A DNA stretch of 45,041 nucleotides, from NCBI RefSeq assembly GCF_001194135.2, contig NC_068998.1:54442164-54487204 (forward strand), written 5' to 3'. The position numbers and the translations under genes were made by a program. Each line of letters begins with the position of its first letter. Within the stretch, counting starts at the first letter, position 1. This stretch comes from Octopus bimaculoides. Its lineage: Eukaryota. This document shows positions 11,036-23,529 of this stretch, one piece after another. The notes under the pieces are model-generated. The model made no database searches and had not been told where the DNA came from. It was given only the letters and a program-made list of their open reading frames with translations.

Positions 11036-11247
11036 TTAACCCCTAAGTATTTAAACCATCCATATCCAGTCCAAATATTCTACCTGTTTATGTTCAAACC
11101 AGTCAGATCCAGCTTCTTACACCTACCCTACAATGTCATTCTAAAAATAAACAACCACATTATTGAACTCTCAAAGCTACGAGATAATTCATGATTAATT
11201 TAAAAGCATAAAATTTGATAGGATAATCAGAATGTAAAAAGGGTTAA
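11036..11247 (+). mobile_element. piggyBac-type MITE, family G (~204 bp, TTAA-flanked)
   Basis: TTAA|CCCC at 11036-11043 and AAGGG|TTAA ending at 11247. An inverted copy is at ~25950-26120. Confidence 0.7.
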
Positions 11248-11369
11248 AATCCTTTAAGTTTCCAACCTTGCAAGGCGAATGCTTGGGGAATCGATTTGAG
11301 TATTCCGTCCTTGCTAAATTAAGACAATATAATGATGGTTTCTAGTTTAGACACAAGATCAGCAGTTTG

Positions 11370-11500
11370 GAAGAGGAGGGTGTTGGTCAATACCACTGCT
11401 CCCTCTCCCCACCAGCACTTCATTGGTCTTTTATTTTATTGACCCTGGACAGATGAAAGGTAAAATGAACTTTCGTAAGATTTGAAATCAGAATGTAATT
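11370..11500 (-). mobile_element. SINE family B, degenerate
   Basis: GATGAAAGGTAAAATGAACTTT...GATTTGAAATCAGAATGTAA is the reverse complement of the family B core. Confidence 0.55.
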
Positions 11501-11559
11501 GTAAAGAGTCACAAAAAATATGGCAATGAAATTTTTGATGACACCCTAATGATTCCAAC

Positions 11560-11782
11560 AGTTGGCCGATCCCAGCGCCACCTGGACTGGCTTCTGTGCC
11601 GGTGGCACATAAAAAGCACTCACTACACTCTCGGAGTGGTTGGCATTAGGAAGGGCATCCAGCTGTAGAAACACTGCCGGATCAGACTGGAACCTGGTGC
11701 AGCCTCCTGGCTTCCCAGATCCCAGTTGAACCATCCAACCCATGCCAGCATGGAAAATGGACATTAAACAATGATGATGATG
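11560..11782 (+). mobile_element. Retroposon family D with (GAT)n tail
   Basis: GGTGGCACATAAAAAGCAC...AGGAAGGGCATCCAGCTGTAGAAAC...CCAACCCATGCCAGCATGGAAA...ACATTAAACAATGATGATGATG. A short-repeat tail is typical of LINE-mobilised elements. Confidence 0.8.
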
Positions 11783-11842
11783 TCTGAGAATAATATAAGA
11801 ATGAGAGACATCTGTAAAGAGATACGATACTTTTGGAAGGCC

Positions 11843-11844
<2 letters not shown>

Positions 11845-11903
<59 letters not shown>
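11845..11903. repeat. (TG)n microsatellite
   Basis: Direct inspection. Confidence 0.95.
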
Positions 11904-11908
<5 letters not shown>

Positions 11909-11924
11909 GCAAGACTGCATGACA

Positions 11925-12100
11925 TCTGGTGTTGCTTTGTTTACACCCATGTAACTGAGCAGTTCGTTAAAAGGGAGGGGTGATAGAATAAGTACCAGAG
12001 TTAAAAGTATAAACACTGGGGTCAATTTGCTTAAGTAAAACCTCTGAAGTAGTGACTCCAGCATGGCCAGAGTCCAATGACTGAAACAGGTCAAAAGTAA
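11925..12100 (+). mobile_element. SINE family A, 3' half
   Basis: GATAGAATAAGTACCAG...CTCCAGCATGGCCAGAGTCCAATGACTGAAACAGG. Confidence 0.7.
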
Positions 12101-12350
12101 ATGACAAAGACAATGACGATGATGATGATGTAAGAACTTGAAAAAAAAAAAGAAACTCTTGAATCTCGCAAGCTGTGTTTCTTTTGTTTGATAACAAAAT
12201 CATTTTCTTTCTGATAGGGAAGACAGTTTCCGGGGTCACTCCAGTTTGATTTGTTTATAGACCAGTAACAGCAGCCAATAACCAGTGCTGTCTGAATTGA
12301 TAATGTAGCGTTAAATAAATTAGGCTCAATGCACAGTTACAAGCTGCGCT

Positions 12351-12385
<35 letters not shown>

Positions 12386-12614
12386 TACACACATATTGAG
12401 ATGTTGTCTGTTACAGTTCTCATTAATGTTATCAAAGAAAATAGGAAAAAATTAAGTATTAATATTCTGAGAATATATTTCAGTTGACATTGTGAGAATT
12501 ATTAATTTAATGTTTCTTGCTAAAAGTTTCCATCATAATTCCATGCTAGGGGTAATGTGTATGGCTTATTCTCTCTTTCTATTCTTAAACAGCTCACTTA
12601 CAGCTAATTACCAG

Positions 12615-12655
<41 letters not shown>

Positions 12656-15009
12656 AAAATGAAAAAAAAGGCAGAATGCTAAACTGGAGCATATTTTAAT
12701 AAAAATTTCTAACCGGTTTTCATTGTGAAAGCAAATTATCAAGAAGAAGGAGAATGAAAATGTTTTTTACAAAGAAGTACAAAATGAAGAAAATAATGTA
12801 TAAAACAATAATATATAAAAAAATAAATATACCCATACATTATATTGTCTTTGAGCTTTTAACCTTTTTTTTAAACCTAACAAAACTCTCAACTCTCATG
12901 CATCCTTATTTTTCCTAGCATTATATNNNNNNNNNNNNNNNNNNNNNNNNNNNNNNNNNNNNNNNNNNNNNNNNNNNNNNNNNNNNNNNNNNNNNNNNNN
13001 NNNNNNNNNNNNNNNNNNNNNNNNNNNNNNNNNNNNNNNNNNNNNNNNNNNNNNNNNNNNNNNNNNNNNNNNNNNNNNNNNNNNNNNNNNNNNNNNNNNN
13101 NNNNNNNNNNNNNNNNNNNNNNNNNNNNNNNNNNNNNNNNNNNNNNNNNNNNNNNNNNNNNNNNNNNNNNNNNNNNNNNNNNNNNNNNNNNNNNNNNNNN
13201 NNNNNNNNNNNNNNNNNNNNNNNNNNNNNNNNNNNNNNNNNNNNNNNNNNNNNNNNNNNNNNNNNNNNNNNNNNNNNNNNNNNNNNNNNNNNNNNNNNNN
13301 NNNNNNNNNNNNNNNNNNNNNNNNNNNNNNNNNNNNNNNNNNNNNNNNNNNNNNNNNNNNNNNNNNNNNNNNNNNNNNTATATATATATATATATTGTGT
13401 CTTGAATTTCAAACTCAATACTGGTTTTGAGCAAAGTCAATTTAAATTGAAAAACACAGCCTATAGTCTTTTCAATTCAGTTATTATATCAGCTGAAAAT
13501 AAGAGAGATTCTTAAGATGATCACAGCCTTTTCCTTGATTACAAATATAATCAGTGGTTGTTTATTGAAGAATAACAGACAGTCTCCTTTTGAAGTGAAG
13601 CTATAAATTACGGTGGCCAAAACATGGGTAGCTTTTATGATTTTAGAGTGGTAGGAATAAAACCCAACATATAAATAGCCGTTCCTGGATCCAAGTCCTA
13701 TCAGATCCTGAGTTTAAACTCTCAATATTTATCCTGCCATCAGTAAACAAAAAGAGTAGACTGGCATCCACAGCAACATAAACACTGGTGATGAGCTCAG
13801 AATAAGATCAAAACAAATCAGCAGTTGTTACCCAGGAAAATAGAAATATTAGTCACATTATTTTTGTTTTTCTCAATGTAAATCTAATTAATGCTTTCTT
13901 TACAAAATGTGATAACACTAACTTGGTCTACTAATTTGCAGAGTCCTCTAAACAAGACACTCATAAAATAATGCAATGCCAAATGTTTATTTCAACTTGC
14001 AATGCTGTTCACATCTATATTAACATTTCACAAATCCAAATTATTGCATAATCATTCTTTTATGACTTATTCATCCATGCTGTTTATTTCATATCATGTT
14101 ATTTTTCATTCGGTTATTTAATTGCAATTAATTGTGGAACAAAATTTTATAAATTGATGAGTTAACTATTATTTTATTTGTCACATTTGTTTGCTTCATA
14201 AATTAATTCTACCAAAAAAATAAAAAGCAAAAAGAAAAAAAAACCAAGCACAAATGCTAGCCAAAACATGTTTCTTCAGCGGACAAGTGTCTGCCCTAAA
14301 TATACAAAGTCGAATATAAAATATTAAATAGCTGGTTAAACCAACAAAGTATTAATGACCGACCAACTGAAGAGCAATGGTTGTTGTTGGTTGTTGTTGG
14401 TAGAAATACGACAGACAACAAAATGGAAGTAAACTGCATTGGTTTCAAGAGTCAAAGAGTCAGGAAATATGTGACAGGGGGGGGGGAGTAGGTGGCGAGA
14501 GTAATTAGAGCCGAGCATTAATGAAATGTGTGTAATTAGGAATATAATGCAATGAGGAGCAGACCATGTAATTAACGATGTGGAAATCCAGCATATGGTG
14601 CTGTATCAGTGATCAAAACATGATAATTTAATGAGACAACAATAACAATAAAGATAAGAAAAATATAAAACAAAAAGTGTATTTGTGAGAGTGGAAGTAA
14701 GAGAGTAGTTTTAGACAATGAAAAACAGCAGAATGATGAAGATAATAATGGTAAGGGAATCCCAGACACTGTTTTAAGGTTGTATATTTAAATAACAACC
14801 AAACGTAGAGAATGTTAGAATCGGATGAGAAGGAATGAAAATGGAAATATTTGCTGGCTGTACAGAGACTGAATATCCAGTTGCAGGCAGAGTTGCGTAC
14901 AGACCTACAGATACGTATGGAGTAAAAACCAACTGTATGCATACACACACACAAAGGTATCTGAAAAGTAAATAAACACTCCTCATTTTAGATGTGTGTG
15001 TGAGTGCAT

Positions 15010-15048
<39 letters not shown>

Positions 15049-15166
15049 GTGGCAAGACACAATACACAAGTGAGCACATAAGTGCAAAACAAGGTGGAAA
15101 AAATCGTACTCAAATACCGAATGTAGAGTAATATGCTTTTTATCAAAGCTGTAAAATTATCACAAA

Positions 15167-15208
15167 AAGTGTTACTCAGAGTTTCATGTTCCTGTTCATT
15201 GGACAGTT
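15167..15208 (-). ncRNA. Decayed minimal type I hammerhead-ribozyme motif inside a ~170-bp element (15045-15215)
   Basis: Minus strand reads AACTGT-CCAATGA-ACAGGAACAT-GAAA-CTCTGAGTA-ACACTT. This gives stem I at 5/6 bp, a core box differing from CUGANGA at 2 positions, intact GAAA, a 4-bp stem III (ACTC/GAGT) and a GUA cleavage triplet. Probably inactive. Confidence 0.55.
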
Positions 15209-15222
15209 ATGATGAATACCGA

Positions 15223-15281
<59 letters not shown>

Positions 15282-15399
15282 ACTCCCTTGTTGTAAACAA
15301 CAGATGGAAGTTCTGCAATGTCTTCTTGAACCTGCTCAGATGATTTGTATATAGCCATCAAATGTTTGTGTTGTATATTAGGTCACTCCCTCCAACAAA

Positions 15400-15555
15400 T
15401 CAACATTACCTGTACAGGTGCACAGGTGTGCCACATGTCAGACGTTGAAGCGATTGCAAAGCAGCACAAAATTAAATGTTTTGCTTAACAACACAACGCA
15501 ACCACCCAGTCTGGGAATCAAAACCATGATTCTGAAATCATGAGTGCAACACACA
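15400..15555 (-). mobile_element. SINE family C-like, degenerate
   Basis: Reverse complement contains ATCATGGTTTTGATTCCCAGACT...GTTGTTAAGCAAAACATTTAATTT. Confidence 0.5.
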
Positions 15556-15577
15556 AACCAACATAATATATACATAT

Positions 15578-15622
<45 letters not shown>

Positions 15623-16109
15623 TTAGAACCCATTTGCTCTCCAAATTAAAAACTGCTTTCTTCCTTGTTTACAATTGCTTCTAATTGAGTAATATGCTAT
15701 TTGCAGGCAAGTATTTGGTAATCTCAAACGTAATATTATACTACTACTACTACTACTACTACGATTACTACTAACTACTACTTCTAGTAGTAGTAGCAGT
15801 AGTAGTAGTAGTCGGTTAGGATTTTCTGCTTAATACACAGTGATTATTAACGTACTTCAAACAGGATGACGTGTATCTAAACATCAATGCTTTGGATTAA
15901 TAAATAATAATAATAATCATTAATAGTTATCAACCAAACTTCAATTAAAACTGATAACAGCTTGAGGATGATTAAAATTAATATTTCCTCAAGACAATTA
16001 GAGATGCTTGCATTGTACAAGGAGTTTGGCTATGGATAATTAAAAAAAAAAACTATTAAGACATGATGTGAGAAAAAGATGACCTTTTATTTATCTTTAA
16101 TTCCTAATT

Positions 16110-16300
16110 GCTCTCAGTTACTGCACTGTTGCCATGCTGGAGCACTCACTGGCTTGCTTCCTTGCAAGGTTTTGGGTTCAGTTCCACTGTTCAATAACCA
16201 GTGCTGGTTTGATCTGAGTACATCCCTGCAACTTAGTGGTTCAGCAAAGGACACTGATAAAATAAGTACCAGGGCTGATTTGTTAGACTAAACATTTCAA
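16110..16300. mobile_element. Rearranged SINE family A fragments
   Basis: Minus-strand tail (GCCATGCTGGAGCA) abuts plus-strand modules (GGGTTCAGTTCCACTG; ACTTAGTGGTTCAGCAAAGG...AATAAGTACCAG). Confidence 0.55.
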
Positions 16301-16410
16301 GACCCTACTATACTGTGTAGTCAACAAGATCAAATACAAACAATGCACATGCATGACATTAAAAAATACAAAACAGCAAAATTTACCCATCACACCCTGT
16401 ATATATACAT

Positions 16411-16455
<45 letters not shown>

Positions 16456-17273
16456 GCCAGATGGACCGAGTGATCTAAGAGTAGGTCCTGCCAGCAGATA
16501 CATTGTAGCTGAAATGCTAACATCCTACTGAGTCAGGCAGCTGCAGTTCTCTTAACTTATATAATCACTGGATTTTTAATTAAAAAAATTTTCTTCTTAT
16601 TCCCCATTGCCCCACTCTTACCCCCCAAAGATCCTATAAATAAAATGGTAGGTTTTTGCAATACGGGAATCATGCCAATTTTATTAGAGTGCGATGTGTC
16701 ATCCTACTTTCAATCAATTCAATGATGAAGCAGAAGGCAAACAAATGTTGTTTCCCAAAGTCACAACACAATGACTGTAATAAATACAGAAATAGACTAA
16801 AGTAACTATTGTTTTCTATACAGATGCTGTCTCTGGATTATTTAATCTCTAAACAATTCTGTTTACCCTTTGCTAATAAAATGTGCAGCCTTGTTATATT
16901 TAGTGACTCATTATTCATTTCTATACCAAGCTATGCTTTGCTGAAAAGATTTAAATAAAACCAAAACATGTCTGAAATCATCTCCCTTGAGCACATGCTA
17001 GGAAAATAAAAAAGTTAATCACCGACTTATGAAATTTCCTTGACTTTTTTTCTTTTTTTTTTCACTACATATTTCCAGCATGTGTTAACTTGCAACAGTT
17101 TAAGCAAAAAATAGCATCAATCTCATCAGTCTTGACAGTATTTCGCCTTCCATCAATCTCAGTAAATAATAATAATAATAATAATTGCATGGACAGTAGA
17201 CAAACTAAAATTGGATAGATAGAGACTGTACAGAAGCCTGTCAGTTGGATTGTAGCTGTAATTCATAAGATTC

Positions 17274-17400
17274 AGCCTTGTCACACAAACTGTCATATTG
17301 ATTCTGCCTGAGAATTATGTTGAGAGTTCAGTATTTGTATCTGTGGGATACTCAGCCACTTATGTTAATACAGGAGTAAGTAATTCAGTCGATCAAACAG
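17274..17400 (+). mobile_element. Tail fragment of SINE family C variant
   Basis: Aligns by eye to the reverse complement of 20775-20915 and to 22995-23050. Confidence 0.5.
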
Positions 17401-18914
17401 TTAAGTCTTCATCATTAATGTCACTGCTACCACCACCACCACCACTGCCATCACCTCCACCACCACCACCTCTTTATTTCTAACTTGTGATGCTGCAGCT
17501 TTCTCAATTACTTCTAATTACATTTCACAATGCTTCGACTACATCACATTTATTTATCATAACAAAGTCCAACTTTTTAACCACAAAGCCGTTGCACTAC
17601 ATCATAATTCCAGAAACAAAAAAAAACACAAAGAAAATTGTAGTAAATCACTCAAAAACGAAACAAATGTATAAAACAAAGAGAAAAGAAAAAACACACA
17701 AGCAATTCTGTTACCAAAATAGGCTAGTCGAGACCCAAAGTATCTTTTGATCTCAATACATCTATCAGTCATCATCAGTATTTTAATATTGATTTTTCCA
17801 GTGTTGGTAAACATAAGGTGAGAATTCTCTAGAGTCCACCAACATAGCTTCTCTAGCAGTTTTCTTTTTTTTTTCACCATTTTCTTTCTTTCTTTTGAAG
17901 ACATCGCTTCAAAATAACATTTAACTGAAGTCCTAAATTTACTTTCCATCCATCCATCCAACCATCCATCCATCCAATCATCCAACCATTCACTTTTAGT
18001 CTTTGATTATAAACGATTCAGTTTTCAAACAGTAAAACCGATTCGACTTTGATTTAGTGCTATAATGAGACAGCATCTAAATGGACAGCATTTCTCCGAC
18101 AAGAATTTCATTAAAGAATATTTAAGCAAAAATAGGATGAATGAGTTTAAAGAGTATTCACGTAAAAATAGGATGAAAGAGTTTTAGATTATAAATAAAA
18201 ATTGTATCTATTGTAAAGGAGCGAACCATTGTTGTTTGTAAAGTTTTAGTGTGCGTGTGGAGGAAAAAAGTAGAATGGAGGGGAAAATGTCAGCGACTTA
18301 GTTGAGATAATATCGGCATTGATAGAATTAGTAATGTGTCTGAGAGAGAGACTTTGAAGAAGAAGAAATGAAAGCTGTCATAAACAATGATATGGTTTAG
18401 TTCTTTACTTCAAACTCTATTATTCTAAACAGAAATGTTGTTGTTCTGTTATTGCATTCCCAATGAACTGATTAATTCTATGTTCCTCTGTCAGTTCCAG
18501 ATTGAAGCCAGTTCACTTCAATTAGTTTGCAATTGCCCTTGAGAAAGGTGTGAACATCACAGAATCTCGTTAACTACCCAATAAAATTCCTGACCTTGGT
18601 TGTTGTCGTCATCGTCATCATCACCATCATTGTCGTCTTTAACATTTTCATCATCCTTATCATTTTTATGTCTACTTTCCATGCTTGTATGGGTTGGACA
18701 GAAGGTCACAGTTCAAATCAGGTCTCATTTGGAGGGAGTTACTATCTTCCCAGAAATGTCATAGGAGCATATCACACTCATAAGTTTTATGTGATGTGAT
18801 TTGTATGGGTGAATGACCTTTTAACCATCAACCTTTTTACTGAGTTTACAGGTGAATTTTGTCAGAGCAGCAACACTAAAGAACAGGGCTAAAGAGGTCC
18901 CTCAACCTTATGTT

Positions 18915-19250
18915 ATCTTTGCTTGTTTTCCTACCACTTTACAGAATGTCCCCAGTATTTAATTTGTTTTAAATCTGGTACTTATTCTATCAGTCTTTTT
19001 TGCCAAACTGCTAAGTTACATAGATGTAAAGACACCAACACCAGTCGTAAAGCAATGGTAGTGGGCAAAGACAGATACATACATATATACAATGGGCTTC
19101 TTTCAGTTTCTGTCTACTAAATTCAATTCACAAGGTCTGATTAGCCCAGGGCTAAAGTAGAAGACGCTCACCCACCCAAGGTGCCATGCAGTAGGACTGA
19201 ACCTGGAACCATGTAGTTGGGAAGCAAACTTCTTATTGCGCAGCCAAGCT
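18915..19250 (-). mobile_element. SINE family A, near full length
   Basis: GTACTTATTCTATCAGTC...GGGCTTCTTTCAGTTTC...CCAAGGTGCCATGCAGTAGGACTGAACC. Confidence 0.8.
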
Positions 19251-20769
19251 ATACATGTGTGTGTTATTTCACATTGAAGTGAATTAAAGTTATATGGGGA
19301 AAAACCCCATTGAATGGCATCGCTAGGTTGAGTGGAATAACCTTTATTTATTCAAAACTGAGCTTGAGTGAATTGCTATTCAATATTTTTTATTCCAAAT
19401 CCTGAAGAATCGGGAACGAAAATCTCCAATCAGTGACTCACATAGATTCATCAGCTTTAAATAAATAATGCTTCATATATATATGTATGTATGTATGTTG
19501 TATATGTATAAAACCTATATCTGTCTGTATATATGTGTGTGTGTATATATCATGATGAGTATCGTCACTTTTAGAATAAAAGGAGACTTCCATGCAGAGT
19601 GACAGTGGTGAATTAATGGAAGATTGTTACATCAGAATCAGCAGGCAATGGCAACTACATTCTATTGATCCCTAGTAATAATAGTTAGCTTCTGTAATTT
19701 TAGATAAAGCACTCGAGTGACAATGAACGATGAGATTAAGTTAATAAACCTATTATTATTGTTATTATTATTATTATTATTATCACTGTGTTCACTGTAG
19801 TTAATCAATGTGTATGATTCAGACAGTAGTTAATTCTAGCCTGTGTTGGGAATAAGATCATTGAATTTGGGAGCAGCTCATAAAGAGCGTTTGTTTTGTG
19901 ATGTTTTTGGCTTTTGTGTTTGTTTTGGAATTATTAATGACAACCAAATGAGTAGATTTCTATCAGAGCAGAAGATTTCCATTGATCAGGAAAGTAAAAG
20001 AGAGTCCCCTTTGTCAATAAGGACGCCTGCTAGACAAAGCTAATTAAAGGGTCAACAGTTTGTATTCCATCACTGGTGGTTGAGATGTGGCCATCACCAA
20101 AATCTAAAATAATTAATTCTTGCTATAGATAAGGTACCTTGGGCAAGTTTGGCTCATTGGTCTTTAGCAGCAGCGGCAGGAGTGTACAAAAGTGGTTTGT
20201 TAGTTTGAAGTGCCAATTCCAAGTAGCTCCAATGGGATCAAGAACAGATATGACATTTCATGACCTTTGTTTGCGAGCTGTCTTCTTGGTTCATTGGAAT
20301 TCACACTTATGAAGATAACCATTCTATCGATGAAGAAATCAAAGAGTGTCAAATTAGATGATTTAAGAGTCAACAGTTAAGAATTCCATTACTGCTGATG
20401 CAAAGCAGTATCCATGACCAGAGCAAAGAAACCATTCTGATTTCCTGCACGTTGGCGGTGGAATCTGCGACACTCCTTACCAAAATCTCAATAACAAAAA
20501 CCATACAATGTTTATGTGTACATAAATAAAACACCCGTTTATACGAAATGACTGACTCAACAACTCCCGTCACTTGGCCGATCAGTATTTCTGTGCCAAG
20601 TCACACGTTAGGGTGGATGACAAACCACCAGGCAATTCAAGTTGTCATTAACAGTCAACTATGGGAATAGCAAAGGTATTTAACTATCAACAGTACAGTC
20701 CATCTAGCTGTAAAGAGGTACAACAAAGAGAGTACAAAGAGGGTTTAAAAACTAACATTCCATTGGTTA

Positions 20770-21072
20770 CAAAGACAAGGGTTCCAGTTGATTTGACCAA
20801 TGGAACAACTTGCTCATGAAATTAATGTGCAAGTAGTTGAGTATTCCATAGACACACGTACCCTTAATGTAGTTCTCAGAAAGATTCAGTGAAACAAAGA
20901 ATGCGACAAGACTGGCCCTTTGAAATACAGGTGCTACTCATTTTCACCAGCTGAGTGCACTGGAGCAACGTGAAATAAAGGGCTCAGCTGAAGGACATAA
21001 TGAATCACCAGGGATTGAACTCATGACCTTCAGATCATGAGCTGAATACTCTAACCACAGAGCCACGCACCT
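20770..21072 (-). mobile_element. SINE family C variant, full length with tRNA-like head
   Basis: Reverse complement starts GCGTGGCTCTGTGGTTAGAGTATTCAGCTCATGATCTGAAGGTCATGAGTTCAATCCCTGG (A- and B-box-like motifs). Confidence 0.75.
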
Positions 21073-21889
21073 TCACAAGGAGGTCAGTGAGGGGAGATGT
21101 AGAGGATAAGGCAAAACAGAGAGGGAAGACTGAATGGAGCCCTGCAAAGCTAACCCCTGTTTTAGCAGGAGAAAATGACTTCAAAATGCTTGTTGTTGCT
21201 GTTGTTGTTGTTGTTGTACAGAATGCCAAATCTTCCACTTTGTCTCAATGAACCAACCAGGGGGGCTACAGGATCCACTTGAACTACATCTGACCAAGTT
21301 CCTCCCCAAAATATTAATAACGTAATAAACCAGAAAGTCTTTGGTGTATTTATTGTTCTCCTCTAAAAGTACTTCTTAGCAAAAGATTCATGATGAAACC
21401 ATTAAACATTTGTTTCTTNNNNNNNNNNNNNNNNNNNNNNNNNNNNNNNNNNNNNNNNNNNNNNNNNNNNNNNNNNNNNNNNNNNNNNNNNNNNNNNNNN
21501 NNNNNNNNNNNNNNNNNNNNNNNNNNNNNNNNNNNNNNNNNNNNNNNNNNNTTTCTCGTTTGCCCCATTAATTTTACGCCAGTTATTACATTAGATAATT
21601 CAAGTCTTCCTAATTTCAACTTTCCTTCACAGAGAACATTCTACGAGGAGCAGGGAGCAACACACAAACCTTTGCCGCGTATTCAGTTACATTTGGTTAT
21701 TTTATTAGAGGCATTAAACAAAAATGTAACGATAAATAATAAGAGTCATTAACTAAGCCTAAAACATTTCGATCAGTCATCACTGCCAACTTAACTACCA
21801 ACTAACTCTACCTCTATGGCCATCACCATCAATACCACAACCCATCCACCCCCATCCACCACCACTATCATTTTCAAGACTACAGCTGC

Positions 21890-22095
21890 CTGGATGAGTC
21901 CCTTACATGGTCACACATGATAGAAATAACAGCTAAATCTCTCTCAAGATAAATATGTCTTGAAAAGAAATGGATGGCTACATTGTATAATGTAGTCCTA
22001 GATATACTCTGCCTTAAAGACAGGATGGTCATGGCAAGAAAGCTCTTGATCACAAATATCTGTTTGATCAGAACTAATCTGGAGTTAAGCACCAA
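21890..22095 (+). mobile_element. Interspersed repeat family F
   Basis: AAGACAGGATGGTCATGGC...TTGATCACAAAT...TGATCAG...CTGGAGTTAAGCACCAA; reverse-oriented relatives at 26690, 30600 and 35870. Confidence 0.6.
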
Positions 22096-22848
22096 TAACA
22101 CTTCCAGCCATTATAATCCTCCAAGTCTTTCTTTGCATTGTCTCCTACCATTTACTGCATTATCAACCCTAACACCACCACCACCACTATCACAACCATC
22201 ACCACCACTTTCACTGCCACCACCACCACCACCACCTTCACTGCCACCATCATCATCATCCTTAGTAGTATCAAGTCACAACACTGCTTTTATCAGTCAG
22301 TTTTTCTCTCCCCGTTTCTCTCCATGTTGGCATCAATGACTGAACTAAACTAATCTATTCTTAATTAACACACTGCTGCCGCTGCCACCGACGCCACGGC
22401 CATTTCACAGATCATTAGCCGTGTTGCAGTCATTAATAAGAAAAGAACGTTGTTCAGCTTTTACGCAAAGTCTTTCACCACTTCCACAAATATTTAGATT
22501 TCAAGATCTGGACAAACTTACAACAGGACACCAACTTCAGATTAATGGTAATTTCCATGCTGAGATGATGGTAAATAAGAAGGGAAGGTGAAGACAAATT
22601 CTTGTATTACAATATGGCCACAGAGTTAACAAATTTGGTTTCCAACCACTTTGTTGCAGGTTCAATCTCACTGCACAGTACATTAAGCAAATTTTTCCTA
22701 TTACAGCATTAAGTTGACCAGTGCTTCATGAATGGAAGTTCATAGATGGAAACTGTGAGGAATCCCTACATATACATATATGTGTGTGTATAAATATGTG
22801 TATCACTATACATGTGTGTGTGTGTTTGTGTGTATACATACACACCTG

Positions 22849-23050
22849 GCTTAATAGTTAGTGCATTCGACTCACAATTGTAAGGCGTGAGTTCAATTCC
22901 TGGCAGAGTGTTTTGTGCTTGAGCAAGACACTTTATTTCACATTGCACCAGTCAACTCAGCTAGCAAAAAGGAATTGCATCTGTAACTCAATGGGCCAAC
23001 TTTGTGTGACATTCTGTGTCATGCTGAATCTCCCTGAGAACTACATCAAG
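22849..23050 (+). mobile_element. SINE family C variant, 3'-truncated
   Basis: GGCTTAATAGTTAGTGCATTCGACTCACAATTGTAAGGCGTGAGTTCAATTCCTGG...GAGCAAGACACTTTATTTC. Confidence 0.7.
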
Positions 23051-23207
23051 GGCTTCTTTCAGTTTCTGTCTACCAAATCCACTCACATGGCTTTGGTCAG
23101 CCCAAGACTATAATAGAAGACATTAGCCCAAGGTGCCACGCAGTGGGACTGAACCTGGAATCATGTGGTTGGTAAGCAAGCTACTTACCATACAGCCACA
23201 CCTGCAC
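23051..23207 (-). mobile_element. SINE family A, 5' half, abutting the family C copy
   Basis: GGCTTCTTTCAGTTTCTGTCTACCAAATCCACTCAC...CCAAGGTGCCACGCAGTGGGACTGAACC...CCATACAGCCACACCTGC. Confidence 0.8.
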
Positions 23208-23529
23208 ATATATCTTACCACTTACTTGACAATCCATCTGTGTATGATGAAAGTAGAAAGCAGTGAAAATTTTGGGTTCAAGAAAGGAGATGGAGAAACT
23301 CAGAGTAGTAAAAGAAAGAATCTCTCCCTCTCTCCCTCTCCCCCTCCCTCTCTCTCACACTCACACACACCAATCACTCAGCATTTAAGCTAGAACTATA
23401 CAGAAAGTACTGAAGGACTTGCTTTTCCGATTCTGAGCAGACAAACAACTTTTTACTGAGGAAATATTTAATAACAATAAAAATAATTAATTTAATTTCA
23501 TCTCTAATTAGCAGTCCATCAGTTTCATT

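Noticed and set aside
16456-16500. GCCAGATGGACCGAGTGATCTAAGA resembling a tRNA 5' half
   Set aside because: No B box or cloverleaf; at most a decayed SINE head. I found no intact tRNA gene in the window.
19401-19425. CTGAAGA-ATCGGGAAC-GAAA hammerhead-like boxes
   Set aside because: Stem II cannot close, and there is no stem III or NUH triplet.
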